A stretch of 64,000 bases of DNA from Spongospora subterranea f. sp. subterranea. Taxonomy: Eukaryota. A program made the translations under genes and the position numbers. Within the stretch, counting starts at the first letter, position 1; every line of letters begins with the position of its first letter. Below, piece after piece: positions 12,751 through 26,200 of the stretch. The stretch spans positions 1-64,000 of the forward strand of contig JAUGWO010000010.1 of the NCBI GenBank assembly GCA_049724395.1, given 5' to 3'. The notes below the pieces were generated by a model. That model was given only the letters and a program-made list of their open reading frames with translations. It made no database searches and was not told where the DNA came from.

Positions 12751-13856
12751 CGAAGCCAATCCAGTCATATCGGTACTGTACAATGGCACTACAATCGCCG
12801 TGCCGTACTGTATTTGCACAAACCTGACAACCTCCCACTTTTGTTTTTACCGGGCCGTTCCGTCACCAATTTCCATTACCGACGCCTCACTCCCGAATCC
12901 ACGATTCCTAGAACCTCGTCTTTCGCTGAGTTGGGGAGATGGATAAGCCCAACCGTAATCCATACCCGGTCGACCAACAAATTACAAATAATGAAATATC
13001 AAGCCAAGTTTGACAGTTTCAGTGATTGCTTTATGGATCTCATGGTGTTTTCAGAAATTGTGTCTCATGGTTCTCGGGAAACATCTATTTTTGTCTCTCA
13101 CGACTTTTTTGCCTTGTTTCCCCTTTTTTGCGTCGAGGAGTAGGTTTCTGGTGAAAAAAACAGTTTCGTTGGGTTTCCAACTCTTTTGAAGTTGCTGGAC
13201 CTGCACTATGAGTGAGTACGTCTCATTAGATTCAATTTGAAGGAGCATCAATTGCAGTCAAAGACAGCATGTAAACATTCCAATGCTGTTCTCACATTGC
13301 ACGTATTGTGTTCGGGTATGCCAAAGACTGATATGTTAGGTAATGGTCTCGGGCGGCATTTAACTACCTTCCTGTCGTCATAGTTTGGTTTTAATACTGG
13401 TATACTTTGATAACAGTTTCGTTGATGGTGGGCGTACGTCGTTTTTCTAATTTTGACAATTACACCGCGCTTGACTGGCTGCATGCTAAATGGATACAAT
13501 ATTGCATATCTCGATGCTCTGCCTTCCAATGCTCGGCTACCCCTGGACATTCTTTTCGATATCTAGACAACAATCACACAACAAGAACATCGGCGACATT
13601 CTGCTTCAAAGTCCCAGAGAACAGCATTATGGATGTCAAACCCGAAAATTATCGAGTTTTTGGTTTCTGCAAATTTGGTAAAACGTGGAATGCATTGCGT
13701 CAACAGGATTAGTGTCGGTGCAGGGCTACTCGGCCAACTCCACATCCACTAAGTCCAGCAAATCCTATCGAAGCAATGCAATTAAAGTTTACCAAACTGC
13801 AGAACTCAATGGCCTTCAGATTAACAGCTTCGATGTTGCGAGTTTCTCTAGGACCA

Positions 13857-15115
13857 TAGACCTGGTTAACCCCTCTACAATACGGTGTGATCGGGTTAAT
13901 ATCACTAATGTAATGCTGCTCTCAGTTAGACCTGGCTGACCCCTCTACAATACAGTGTGATCGGGTTAATATCACTAATGTAATGCTGCTCTCAGTTAGA
14001 CCTGGCTGACTGACCCCTCTACAATACGGTGTGATCGGGTTAATATCACTAATGTAATGCTGCTCTCTACAATACGGTGTGATCGGGTTAATATCACTAA
14101 TGTAATGCTGCTCTCAGTTAGACCTGGCTGACCCCTCTACAATACGGTGTGATCGGGTTAATATCACTAATGTAATGCTGCTCTCAGTTAGACCTGGCTG
14201 ACCCCTCTACAATACGGTGTGATCGGGTTAATATCACTAATGTAATGCTGCTCTCAGTTAGACCTGGCTGACCCCTCTACAATACGGTGTGATCGGGTTA
14301 ATATCACTAATGTAATGCTGCTCTCAGTTAGACCTGGCTGACCCCTCTACAATACGGTGTGATCGGGTTAATATCACTAATGTAATGCTGCTCTCAGTTA
14401 GACCTGGCTGACCCCTCTACAATACGGTGCCTTGATCGGGTTAATATCACTAATGTAATGCTGCTCTCAGTTAGACCTGGCTGACCCCTCTACAATACGG
14501 TGTGATCGGGTTAATATCACTAATGTAATGCTGCTCTCAGTTAGACCTGGCTGACCCCTCTACAATACGGTGTGATCGGGTTAATATCACTAATGTAATG
14601 CTGCTCTCAGTTAGATGACCCCTCTACAATACGGTGTGATCGGGTTAATATCACTAATGTAATGCTGCTCTCAGTTAGACCTGGCTGACCCCTCTACAAT
14701 ACGGTGTGATCGGGTTAATATCACTAATGTAATGCTGCTCTCAGTTAGACCTGGCTGACCCCTCTACAATACGGTGTGATCGGGTTAATATCACTAATGT
14801 AATGCTGCTCTCAGTTAGACCTGGCTGACCCCTCTACAATACGGTGTGATCGGGTTAATATCACTAATGTAATGCTGCTCTCAGTTAGACCTGGCTGACC
14901 CCTCTACAATACGGTGTGATCGGGTTAATATCACTAATGTAATGCTGCTCTCAGTTAGACCTGGCTGACCCCTCTACAATACGGTGTGATCGGGTTAATA
15001 TCACTAATGTAATGCCTGCTCTCAGTTAGACCTGGCTGACTGACCCCTCTACAATACGGTGTGATCGAATTAACTCTCAGTTAGACCTGGTTGACTGACC
15101 CCTCTATAACACGGT
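13857..15115. repeat. 70-bp tandem minisatellite, ~18 copies
   Basis: Unit GATCGGGTTAATATCACTAATGTAATGCTGCTCTCAGTTAGACCTGGCTGACCCCTCTACAATACGGTGT, near-identical copies with degenerate edges. Confidence 0.97.
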
Positions 15116-15223
15116 ATGGTCATACCTATGACACGGTCTTTTTTAAGATAGGGGCTGCTTGACTGGGATAAGCGGCCCCGCATTTGGGTCTCGGATCAGG
15201 TTTCGTCCACGACAAGGTGATAC

Positions 15224-16618
15224 ATGAAAAATGCACTTTTGCGGCGAGCGCTTGCCTGTTTCCAGTCCGATATGGCGTCAACAGCCCCGGTTTTTACCTT
15301 ACCAACCGGTCTGATTGATAATCTTTCGCAACAATTTTCTGAGGCCGGTAGGAGTTTTCCTTCTCCACCGATCAGTTCGGTTCAGAAGCGTGTGGATTTC
15401 GTCATCAAGGACATTATTAATTCGGTGAATTCCAGTCTACCTCTGCTGAACTCAATTTCGAGTCTTGTATTTGACAATGCCGCTGCAAAGAGGATTCGAC
15501 CATCCCTGTGTCTTCTGATAGCCAACGCATTGTGAGGAACTTACTGTATCGCCATATACAAAAATTATCTCGTCACGTTTGAATGTTAAGAAAATTTCTA
15601 TGCTGCCGTTGTAGCTCTCTAATTTGTTTTCTTTTCTTTGGCACAGAAATCCTGATAAGGTTCCAGCATCAGATGCTCCAATCAGTAAATTCGACACTGT
15701 TGCCCAGATTGCCGAAATGATCCATGTTGCGAGCTTGCTGCACGATGACGTTCTGGATGGCGCTAGTATTCGCCGCGACAGCCCGTCTGTTAACGCCACT
15801 TTTGGTATTATCAGATCAGGTCCTGCCTGAAACACTGTTAACGCAGAGCCCTTCTTGTAGGTAATAAAGCTGCCATTCTTGGGGGCGACTTCATAATGGC
15901 TCGTTCGTCGATTTTATTGTCATCGCTTGAATCTGTTGAAGCCGTACGACTCATGGCCACTGTTATATCCGATTTGGTAACTGCGATAATGTTCTAAATC
16001 CTGCAGTCGCTCAAATTCTACATGTAGGTGTCTGGGGAAATCATGCAGTTAAGGGCGATGAATTCTGGTGCGATCGAGGATCGAATATCGTACTACATGG
16101 CGAAAACGTACAACAAAACTGCATCCTTAATGGCGAACTCGTGTCGAACAGTTGCGGTCATTGGAGGCGAAAATGTATCCACCCAAAATGCGGTTTATGA
16201 TTACGGGAAATATCTGGGACTTTGTTTCCAAATTACAGATGATCTCCTTGATATCACTTCAAATGAAGCTGCGTTAGGCAAACAAGCTGGTGCCGACCTC
16301 TCAACAGGTGTCGCAACAGCGCCGATTCTGTTTGCAGCAGAACAATTCCCGGAACTTGACGAAATGTTGGCGAGGAAATTCACGAACGACGGCGATAAAG
16401 AACGGACGATGGATCTCGTTTCAAAGTCCGACGGTACGCGCATCGAGTTTTTTTCCTCAAAGGCGTTTCTCAATTGTCTTGTAGGAGTCGCCCGGACTGA
16501 AGAACTTATCCAGTCGCTCGCCATTATGGCATGCAACTCAATCAAGTCGTTGCCGGAATCCATTCATCACGAAGCCTTAATTCTTCTTGTCCAAGACATC
16601 ATAAACCGAAAATATTGA
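15224..16618 (+). CDS. Long-chain trans-prenyl (solanesyl/decaprenyl) diphosphate synthase, COQ1/PDSS1-like, multi-exon
   Basis: KRIRP, EMIHVASLLHDDVLD...RR (first Asp-rich motif), GNKAAILGGDF, KTASL, FQITDDLLD (second Asp-rich motif). Confidence 0.92.
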
Positions 16619-16789
16619 TATTTTATGTTGTTCGGTTTCATCCGCCCACGTTTTTGTTGGTGAGATATCACCATTTTCAGTCATGTAGGGCTGGTATCTG
16701 TACTGCTAGATTCTCAGAGGTCTGGCATGCGCATGCGTGCAATCCATTCCTTATTTTTGTCATATTCAACAACGCTCTACCGTTTCAAG

Positions 16790-17821
16790 ATGGTCTCCGT
16801 GTTGACAATCATCGTCTTGTATCTATTTCAACGTTGCGGTAGTCACGTTTTCCTCAAGCAACCAACGTCGAGGGAAGAACTGGCTGGTCTTGACGAATCT
16901 TCCAATCCTGGATCTTCTTCGCAATATTCACCTTCCTTTGTTTGCAGAGCCAGAACACCGTTTTCACCTAAAATAACTTTGACGGCTGGGGGGTCGCTTT
17001 TGATGAATGTCACCGATCACGGTCATCATCAAGGCGTGTGTGCCATTTATCTGTCTTACAATTATGACGCTGCTCCTCCTCTATTTTTCAAACTCGCCGA
17101 AATTTCATCTTGCTCGTTTATCGACAGGTACCGACTTGACGTTCCGGAATGGCTTCCTCCAATATCATCAGCTGTGTTGCGTTGGGAATGGGTCGGCGAT
17201 AACAGAGATAGATTTTATGCCAATTGCGTCGACGTATCTATATCTGGAAAACCCTCGGCAACGCTTCCGTATAAGTCTCAACTGTTCCCTGTTGGAGGCC
17301 ACCTGAATTTACTCGGGAAGAACATTGTTGGCCCATCTATCGCCACTCTCTCAACACCTGGTGTCTCTCTCTACGGCAGGTCTGTCCCATTTTCACCATC
17401 GTCCAGCGTCACCGCAAACACCGTCAATGAGCAGGCTGGACACGAACCGGCTCATGCTTTGAACCCTCCCCTTATCCTTGCAATCGCCATAGCTGTGATT
17501 GTGTTGATCTCCCTTGCAATGTATGGATTCCGTTCATGGAAAACTCGTCAAGCGAATAGGTCTATGAACAGCACGCATGGTCTTGAACTGCATAAACGTA
17601 TGCCATCTCCATCCGCTCCTCCTTTTTCCCCACATCCCGGATTTTCCCGATCGTTGCAAGAAGGGTCATTACCAGAACCAAGTGCGCCTCCTAGATCTCC
17701 CGTATTCCGTACCAATTCTCGCCAATCAGTACCCAAGATGCGCCTCCTATCTCGGGAGAGCTTTGGTGACGTGGGGTTGATACTACAGCCAGAAGAATCA
17801 CCAACAGACAACCAGGTATAA
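16790..17821 (+). CDS. Secreted, membrane-anchored His-brace LPMO-like protein (AA11-like layout) with a Pro-rich tail
   Basis: 18-aa signal peptide followed by His1 (codon 16844); HQGVCAIYLSY, VLRWEW and FYANCVDV motifs; transmembrane segment LILAIAIAVIVLISLAMYGF; intronless. Confidence 0.75.
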   Translation: MVSVLTIIVLYLFQRCGSHVFLKQPTSREELAGLDESSNPGSSSQYSPSFVCRARTPFSPKITLTAGGSLLMNVTDHGHHQGVCAIYLSYNYDAAPPLFFKLAEISSCSFIDRYRLDVPEWLPPISSAVLRWEWVGDNRDRFYANCVDVSISGKPSATLPYKSQLFPVGGHLNLLGKNIVGPSIATLSTPGVSLYGRSVPFSPSSSVTANTVNEQAGHEPAHALNPPLILAIAIAVIVLISLAMYGFRSWKTRQANRSMNSTHGLELHKRMPSPSAPPFSPHPGFSRSLQEGSLPEPSAPPRSPVFRTNSRQSVPKMRLLSRESFGDVGLILQPEESPTDNQV

Positions 17822-17941
17822 TTTTCAGTGCAGGGACAACGCTTCCTTGACAAAAATATTGAATAAATGTATATACACAGATATGCATCAATCTGCGAGA
17901 GTTTTGATAATTAAGTAATGGCACCAACAAAAGTAGTAGGT

Positions 17942-20389
17942 CTACCACTGCCTTCTTCTTTTACTTGGTTTATTACCTGTAATTTTGTTCGTCTCTTGTT
18001 GCAGACACTGCTCCAGGATTTGTGAAGAATAGAGCCTTTTTTGGGGCAAAACAGGGGTGATTGTAGGACAGATTGACTTAGGAATTTTCAACGACTCGGG
18101 AAAAACAGTTTCGGTGCAGGTAGAAGATAGAACTTCAGCGGGAGTGGAAGATGAAGAAAGTGCGATAACAGCGCGTTTCAGCGGTTGTTTCGTTGCCCGG
18201 GATTGGAGTTTGGATGAGGGTTTTGACCTTCTTTTAGTGGTGTGGGGAATGATATTCAAGTCGACGTCGCGTCGCAAATACGACTTGAAATTGGCGGATG
18301 GTGGCGGACATTTTGCCTCTGGCGAAACGTGAAACTGTGCTAAACCATCTTCAACATCTAACAAATATTACTGGCCGAAATTATGTAAATAGCAGAACAC
18401 CCTTACCTTTTTTAATTTTGCTATCATTGCGTCGGATGTTATCATACTGATGATTATCCATGACAGCCTTGTTAGTATAACATATATTGGTTTCAGTCGG
18501 GATTTCAAAATTGCCCTTCCCCCCTGGTTTTAATAATTCCGTGACAGTTTCAACGAAACTTTCATCATCATTGCGCCCTGAGTTGTCATCATCGTCGGTG
18601 ATGTGGCAATTTTGTGTAAAATCAAACTGGGTCAAGCCAGGCGGTATCGATGATGCATCTACGGCAAGCAACAGATTTGGAAGGTGAGGCGATACAGAAC
18701 ACAAAGAAAGTTGAATCTACCGTTCTCATTCGATTCTAGGTCAATTACTGAAGTCGCACGGATTCGACAAAACCCGATTTGACCATCGGCTTTACAGTAT
18801 CGCAATAAAGGAGCTGAATCAGAGTCCTGAATACTGTCTCGACGCTTGATTAACACGGAAGATGGCCTGGTAAAGGAACTGTGTTCATCCAGGCCATGAA
18901 CATTAACAGTTAAATCTGAGAAGAAGCAAACACATTAAAGCATATTGAAATAAATTCATCCACACTAGTTACCAATTGTACTGTTCATGTGCGACACCGT
19001 AGAGGAGTTAAATTTATCTTGAGGCTTAAGAACACAAGAGGGAGGATTTTTTACGGGGTTTTCTAAATTGTCGCAAACGTCGTTTGCAAGTCCAGAGGTG
19101 ATGATTTCAGAAATCGATGACGACAGTGAAGGGCGACCATTGTCATTACTAGCGCTCAAACCAGGCAGGACAAATCTGGACACTGATTCATCTCCGTCAA
19201 AAACGCTGCGGAATCGCGTATGAGTAGTCGTCCTAACTTCCGGTAGGCTTGGGATTTCATCTGACTTGGGAGCATCCGGAGCAAGAGAACACTGTTGATC
19301 TACCATAGGCAAAGTTATTCGATACATTTCTTCGTCCTCATCTTGAGTAAACACATCTGCGAATTGAGTCAGGCCGTTATTGAAATCTTGGCAATCATAA
19401 TGCATTTCTGAATATGCGTCGTCTTCATCTGCAGTAACGTTTGTATTCGAATCGACAGTAACAGCAGAAACGTCTGCACTCTTGGTAGATTGCGGTACCT
19501 CTAAAATATCAACATTGGCATTGGGAAATTCAGTTGTAGTTCTGCATGGGTCGCTTGCTTCAACAGGGGACATAAACTGAATAATTGGCGAAGAACATTC
19601 TTGGTTCCTAGACTGGACAGCTACACTCAGAAAATGCAAAACGATTCGATATTTACATACAGAAGGAGATAACTCTGGTGGTGATTCACAAACTGAACCA
19701 GAACGAATATGATCAGAGTCCGAAACCATGTTGATGTTGGCCCATCCTAAACATTTGGGCATTAACTCTGACAGTAAAACCCATCACAGTGCGCTCAAAT
19801 ACCTGGTACAAGGCGGTGCTGTTCTTCCAAATCATTATGAAGAAGAAATTTCACATCTTCCATAAAAGAGTCAGATGTGTCCTTCTTAACTGAAATCACC
19901 GGAGTCAGAAAAAAGCCTCGATAAGCAAAATCAATAGCGGCGACAACGTCTTTGTCTGAGTTTAACGGCTGCGGCGAATAACACTCTTCCGTTTCACACA
20001 GAAAATTGAAATTCTCAACTGTGAACAAAAGTTGAACCGATGCCGATCGGGGATCAAGTACCATCGAGTAATTTACAAGAACGACCAACGAATGACACAG
20101 CATTGCTAATGACGACTGCTCTTGGCGTCTACCCCAATTAGAAAAGTGAAATGTGAGATTCAAAAGGAGCTTACTCAAAAAATTGACGGATCGCATTCAC
20201 GGAAAGCAGCACGTCAGTTTCATGCAAGGTATCTGATACGACTGCTCTAACAGGAGATAACGGAGTGCACGATGATGTGCAACAGCGCATGACTACGGGC
20301 TTGCCCGGTAGCAGATGCCTGCCGACGGTTTGCTGGTTGGAAAGTGCCGCCAAAACCGCTTCCTTGAGCCATGGTTTAAAGGCTGTCAT
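17942..20389 (-). CDS. Protein with an N-terminal TPP1/Est3-like OB fold and a long low-complexity C-terminus, multi-exon
   Basis: KPWLKEAVL...AVVSDTLHETDVLLSVNAIRQF...LVVLVNYSM...LLFTVENFNFL resembles the TPP1 OB pattern; exons linked by short introns. Confidence 0.6.
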
Positions 20390-21881
20390 TAGGGCTCGAT
20401 GACCTACGGCTGAGCTGAAAGACCGATTGTTTCAATCATATAGATATGGCCACCCATACTATTGCATGGATTACCATTACCGGAGACCCGGAGGGTGTCC
20501 CAACTCCCAAGTCGTCACATGTACACCATACCGTACACACATACGTACACCGTACAGTCATCACCTAGGGTGGTTCTTGAGTTGATCTGGACTGCACAGT
20601 CGATCATCATTTGATCAGCAATGGCCGGGAGCGGTAGAGCATGATTGGCGTCCAGTCGTTTGCGTCGGGTTTATGTCACAACATCAACCTCGACATTGAA
20701 TTTGTCTGGTGTTGAGGGAGTCAAGTTTTCCATAGTGATTCACCATCGCCTATGGCGCAATCTCCGTTATGAAATCCTATTGAGTTCACCCTTTCCTCAT
20801 GTCATGATCTAATCGTCTTATATATATACATGGGCGGGGATTGATGACCCATAGCTTGCTATTATTGACGGCACAGCTGCTACAAAGAAATATGTTTTCT
20901 TAGAACTGGCATAAACTTTCCCGTCGAGTTGCCATACCCTCCATAAGGTCAACTTAGGTGTAAGTAGCGAGTTGAATCCGCGCGCGAACCACAACGATTT
21001 GTGTCACTTATTCTAGATGCGCATTCTTTGATTATATTGGCAGATGGGTTTTGTGCAAGTCAGCACGACAACTATTCAAATTCTTTGAGGAACAACAAAT
21101 TTGGTAAAAGTCGTTGAATTTATGTCGAGAAGACTATAAACTTCGGGGCGAGCCACTTGCTCGTTCCGTGATACTGAAATTTACGAGAGGAATGTTATAG
21201 ATCCCATATCGGCGATCAGAAACATGGCTCAATGTTTAATTCAAGTCCTTGTCGAATTTTTCCATCTTCGAACTCTGCGTCCAATCGTCATGAGACAATA
21301 AACGAAATTTGATCCGTAATCTGCAAACGAACAGAATTGAGATTGCCATGGTTGTTTTGAAGAGTGAGAGGAGTTCTCAAACCGGTCGGGATGGTCGAAG
21401 GCTGGGAAAATTTCTTGAACAAAGTTGTCAACGTTATCCAAGATAGATAATTGGGCTTCGACATATGGCAATCACAGAAGCGCCGAGAGCGGCATGCGGA
21501 ACATGGCATCATACAATTGGCGTCTCCTGCATCACTTCAACCACCCAAACATCGACCAGCTTCAATCGATATGTGTTATGCACACATCAAGACCGAAAAA
21601 TAGTGCCGTGCACAACCTTAGGGACATAATCCAGTACAGCGAAGCTCCATGGATGTTCCAGTGCTTTTGTCAAACTTGTGGACGTTCAAGAGTTGTTTCT
21701 GGCAAAGTTGTTGCCGCGGTTTCTGGAAGTCATCCCTCACGATGGGATGATTTTTTGCGCAACATCATTAACGCAAATTGTTGCACTGCGCATTTATTCG
21801 TACTGTATTGTGTTTTTTTTTTGGTGATTCGATATCTATACACTTGGTCATTGTACGAGTTTGGATTAAATATTGCTCATT

Positions 21882-23173
21882 ATGGAGACGTCATCGTCGG
21901 AACTGGCTTTCTCCCAGGCCAATAGCCTTTTTGTCGATGAAGACTATCAAGGCTCACTTGCTCTCTATACCCAGGCGATTAACATCGGACCGGCGACCGC
22001 CCAGTATTACTCGAAGCGCTCCGCTAATTACTTCAAGCTTGGTCAGTACAACAAGGCTCTTCAAGACGCTAATTCTGGAATTGAACTAACGCCCGAAGAC
22101 CCAATGCTTTATCAACGAAAAGGGTATGTATCCTCATATTTATGTACGAAACGTTTTTTTGATGGATTGCGTTCTATTTACGTATGCATCCAGCATGGCG
22201 CTATACCAGCTGGGACAGATTCTAACCGCCTCTTCTGCATTCGCGGAAGCCAAAGCTCTTGGTGCGACTGTCGATGGATGGATCTCAAAATGCGAAGCAG
22301 AATCAGAAGGATTGGTGGCGAACTTCGTCGAATCAGCAGCTGAAAAACCAAAGAACGTTCCAAAGGCTTCAGAAGAGCGTAACGAAGTAGCCTCGCCCGT
22401 TCCGGTACTCACCTTAGCAGATAAGGTTCGGGAATCGTTCTACGATAACCAGGAAAGTGTTACCATAACATTTTATGCAAAAAATGTAAAAAAAAGCGAT
22501 GTCAATGTCCAGTTTATTGATAACCAGACGGTTGGTTTTCGACATTTTTAGCTACAAATTATTCCTGATTTATATCGTTAAGGTTGATGTGAAAGCTACG
22601 CTTCCAGATGGTTCCATTTTAGAAAAGAGCATCACGTTATTTTCCACTGTAGTTTCCAACAAGTCAAACGTTGATGTCACTCCGTACAAGATTTCCATCG
22701 TACTACAGGTATTTGCGACCAGCGAATAAATTGATGATCGAACATGGCTGAGTCCCCGCAGAAACAATTGCCTGGGTTAAAATGGGACCGACTGCGAGAT
22801 TCCGAAAGTACATCTTATGAGGAAGTGATCTCACATTATCCGTCATCCAGCAAGAAGAAACAAGATTGGGGATCTTTGGAAAAAGAAGTGGCAAAGGAAG
22901 AAGAGAAGGAGAAACCAGAAGGCGATCAAGCTCTCAATCAGTAATCACAGCGTATCCATTGGCAAGCACAATATTTTGACGTATCTGTACTTTAGGCTAT
23001 TTCAACAGATTTACAGTAATGCTAGTGATGAAACCAAGAGGGCAATGATCAAATCTTATCAAACTTCTGGTGGTACCGTTCTTTCAACGAACTGGGATGA
23101 AGTCAAGTCTAAGAATTACGAGGAAAGCGTTGAAGCTCCTGCTGGCATGGAAGTGCGTCACTGGAACAAATGA
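21882..23173 (+). CDS. SGT1: SGT1 co-chaperone (TPR-CS-SGS domains)
   Basis: TPR ANSLFVDEDY, CS domain, SGS motifs YPSSSKKKQDW, PEGDQALN and RAMIKSYQTSGGTVLSTNW. Confidence 0.95.
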
Positions 23174-23250
23174 TTCTCTTTGTTGTTAAAATTAAATAAT
23201 TTTTTTAAGCTCTTGGCACAATCTGTACCTTTATTTAAAGTAGTATACAG

Positions 23251-26200
23251 CTATACCTGTAATATTTTTTGATTGGTTTCGATGAACGACCGCAATCGCG
23301 TGTTCAACGTTACCACCTCCTCTGGAATCATCAGTAGCATTGCTTGAACCTGTTTGATGTTCTGGTCAAGTTTCTCAATCATAGGGCGATATACGAAGGC
23401 CAGGACCAGACCCATGGAAACTCCGAATATAAGCAACAACGATACTGAAACTTTCTGATACTGCGTCTGGATGACGTCGATCATTGCTTCTTCGTACCTG
23501 TCCACTGAGACGGCCAAGGTTGGTGATAGATATTTGTCGTGTAAGATATTCACAACACTGAGCTCGGTTACTAACAACGCGTTGAACATATCATCGGTTG
23601 ATATACAGGGAGAGCAGAGTGATTTTATATGTGCGACAGCTGTCCTTGCGTTAGCGATGAATTCCACGAGACCAGCAGCAGCGCTGAAGGAGTCAGAAAA
23701 TCAAAATCTGTTGATTGCACCAGTGATACAAACCTACCCTCCTTGAAGGAGCTTTCCACGATATAGAAGACACTCCTGCCATGTCGGGGGAGTGCATCCA
23801 TTCTCAAACATGATATCATCTTGAAGATTATATATCGAATCAACGGGCACAGTTCCTAATGCCGAGTTTCCTGATATCAGCCCCAAATGCACTGTTTCAA
23901 GGTCATCGATGGCGCTTAATATCTCGGTATCACTGGTTTTAGTTAATGGGGATATTCCTTCTGCAGCCATCATTCGTAATAGCAACACCACCTGTGTGAT
24001 TGCTGAGCTATATACGAGTTACATGAGGCTCACATATTTACTCTTAGCATCGCCATCTGCCTATAAGCAGCCCAGTTACACTCAGCTGGTTTATAGATCA
24101 TAGTATTTTCAACTGCGTTGAACCCTGCCATGTAGGTTGCAAAAAAATACGTTATGCATAAAATTACTCCAATTGATATTTTCAGATTATCGAGAAAACT
24201 CCCTGTCCATGGCTTGTCTTTCGATATAGGTATTGAATCAGGGCCGTCATATATGTTGTCATCATTGTTGGGTATATTTTCAAATACGCGAATGTCTGCA
24301 GTCTTGTTGTAATACTCGGTCAAGCGAGCATTGCGATATAATCCCGAGCGAGCAATATCGGCGTGAAGTTTAGCTCGCCGCTCACAGCTTACCCGAATAC
24401 CATGGATGGCAGGTGAAGGAACCATCGAAAACAATTTGCCAACTGCAGACTTAATTTTGGCAGCACGATTGAGTGCTGGACGAACAACCGCCCAAACCAG
24501 GCAGACCATGACGGGAATGGGCATAAAACTCAGTACCATTACCCAAGTTTTGGTGCTTCTGTACAATGCTTCGGACTGCATCTGCAACATCTCTAATTGA
24601 TAATATGTCAAATAATGACTACCAATGTTACAAAAGTTCAATAAATACCTGTGGATCTATTGAACACAGGGACAACAGATCGAATACTATTGAGAAACGA
24701 GAATGCAGAGACCCCTTGTGTTGCAGTAAGTTCGGAAGAATTCATTTTGGATAATTGACGGGCTGAGCTCACGACGAGTAATCCTAAATCTAGCAACTGA
24801 TATTGCACAAATCTGTCACTGTTGCAGATTCGAGGGATTGTTTATGATTGTTTCTTACCGTGATAAACTTTGATCCGGCCCCGTTTTCTGTCAATTTGGT
24901 ACTTGCTGAGATTACTTTTTCAGAAAGAAGACGCAGTTGTTCGGTGGTTAACGATGAGCGAGCTTTGTATACAGACAGATCGGCAACAGATAGACTGTCT
25001 ATTGAGGCCTGCATACCAACTAGAACATCGTCGCGTGATTCGTTCCAGAGACCATTGTGCATCAGGAGCAGGCGATGAACCTGGTCGCCAAGTTGTAAGG
25101 AAGACAGTCTTCTCACGGTTCCCGACCTCGTCAGAAACAATACGCTGGAAGAAAAGTCCCCGAGCATTGATGAAGTTGTAGCATACGTGACAATTGCTAA
25201 GATGAGAATCACCAAAGCAGTTAAATAAAACAAGACTTGAAATTTTCCTAAGCCGTGACTCAAATTTCGTGATGATGACCCTTTTCGAATTCTTTTTCTA
25301 ATTTCACTGGATATACCCACAAACGTTCCTGTATTGTTTGACCGCACTGCCATTCCAGAAGCCGTTGACCTTCCTGACAAAATTGACATTAAGCGCGGTT
25401 TTCGCTGAATACTATTATCGTCCTCATTGATGATAAGGTCAATCTGCCCAGCATTTCGTATACTGTTATTAGGGATTATAGTGCTGGTTCCGGTCCCGCG
25501 ATGGATAATTACTAAATATGCTTTGTTTGGGTTTTGACCCAATATACTGACAGATATGTTAACCTAGAACCAACTAAGCGACAGCACATCGGTTTCAACA
25601 ATGAAGCTATACTTCAAATTCATAACTTGATTCATCACTTTCCCGAATGAAACGGCGAAGACTGGTAATGGGCAGAGAATGACCATTCGGCAGTTGGAAC
25701 AGGTGAAGGTTTTTAGTGAAAGAGTTGATGAAGTCATCAATTCGAACTTTTCCAGAAGCTATGACGTCTGCATCGACTTGGAACCACGAAGCAAATTCGG
25801 AAGATACCGCCGTCACTAAGCCAGATGCCGCGTCCACCATTGCAATCTTAGAAAAACGTGAGAGCTGTTGTTTTGTGATGCACCATTTACTTACTTGGTC
25901 ACCTTTGAATGGATGTTCCAAGGACATTACACTGAGAAATGACAAACCGTTCAATCCAGTTGAAAACTGGCTAACGTACATCAAGACTGGGAATATATAT
26001 CGGTTTCTGTGCATCGCGAACACTAGTCTGACCAAACTAACATCACTCCTGGTGATGAAATATTGCGGATCATGTGGGCACCTTGTAACTCCAGTAAATA
26101 CTTGACGCCCAGCTTGCAGATTGGCTGTCATCATGTTGGGATGGTTTAGGGATATTGGCGGCGGGATCAATGATGTTAGATTTTGTCTAATCATTGCAGC

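Noticed and set aside
12814..13850. Cluster of 60-110-aa ORFs before the 70-bp array
   Set aside because: No conserved motif or consistent splice model; possibly decayed sequence.
13857..15115. 70-bp unit read as a 39-nt exon (LDLADPSTIRCDR) plus a 31-nt GT-AG intron, i.e. a spliced repeat protein
   Set aside because: An early unit (~14010) has a 4-bp insertion giving an in-frame TGA, other units have frame-breaking indels, and 31 nt is shorter than the other introns seen. Only RNA-seq could revive the idea.
20400..21850. Short ORFs and a GTACAC-rich micro-repeat (~20521-20556) between the TPP1-like gene and SGT1
   Set aside because: The ORFs are fragmentary with no identifiable family, and the micro-repeat is too short and irregular to interpret.
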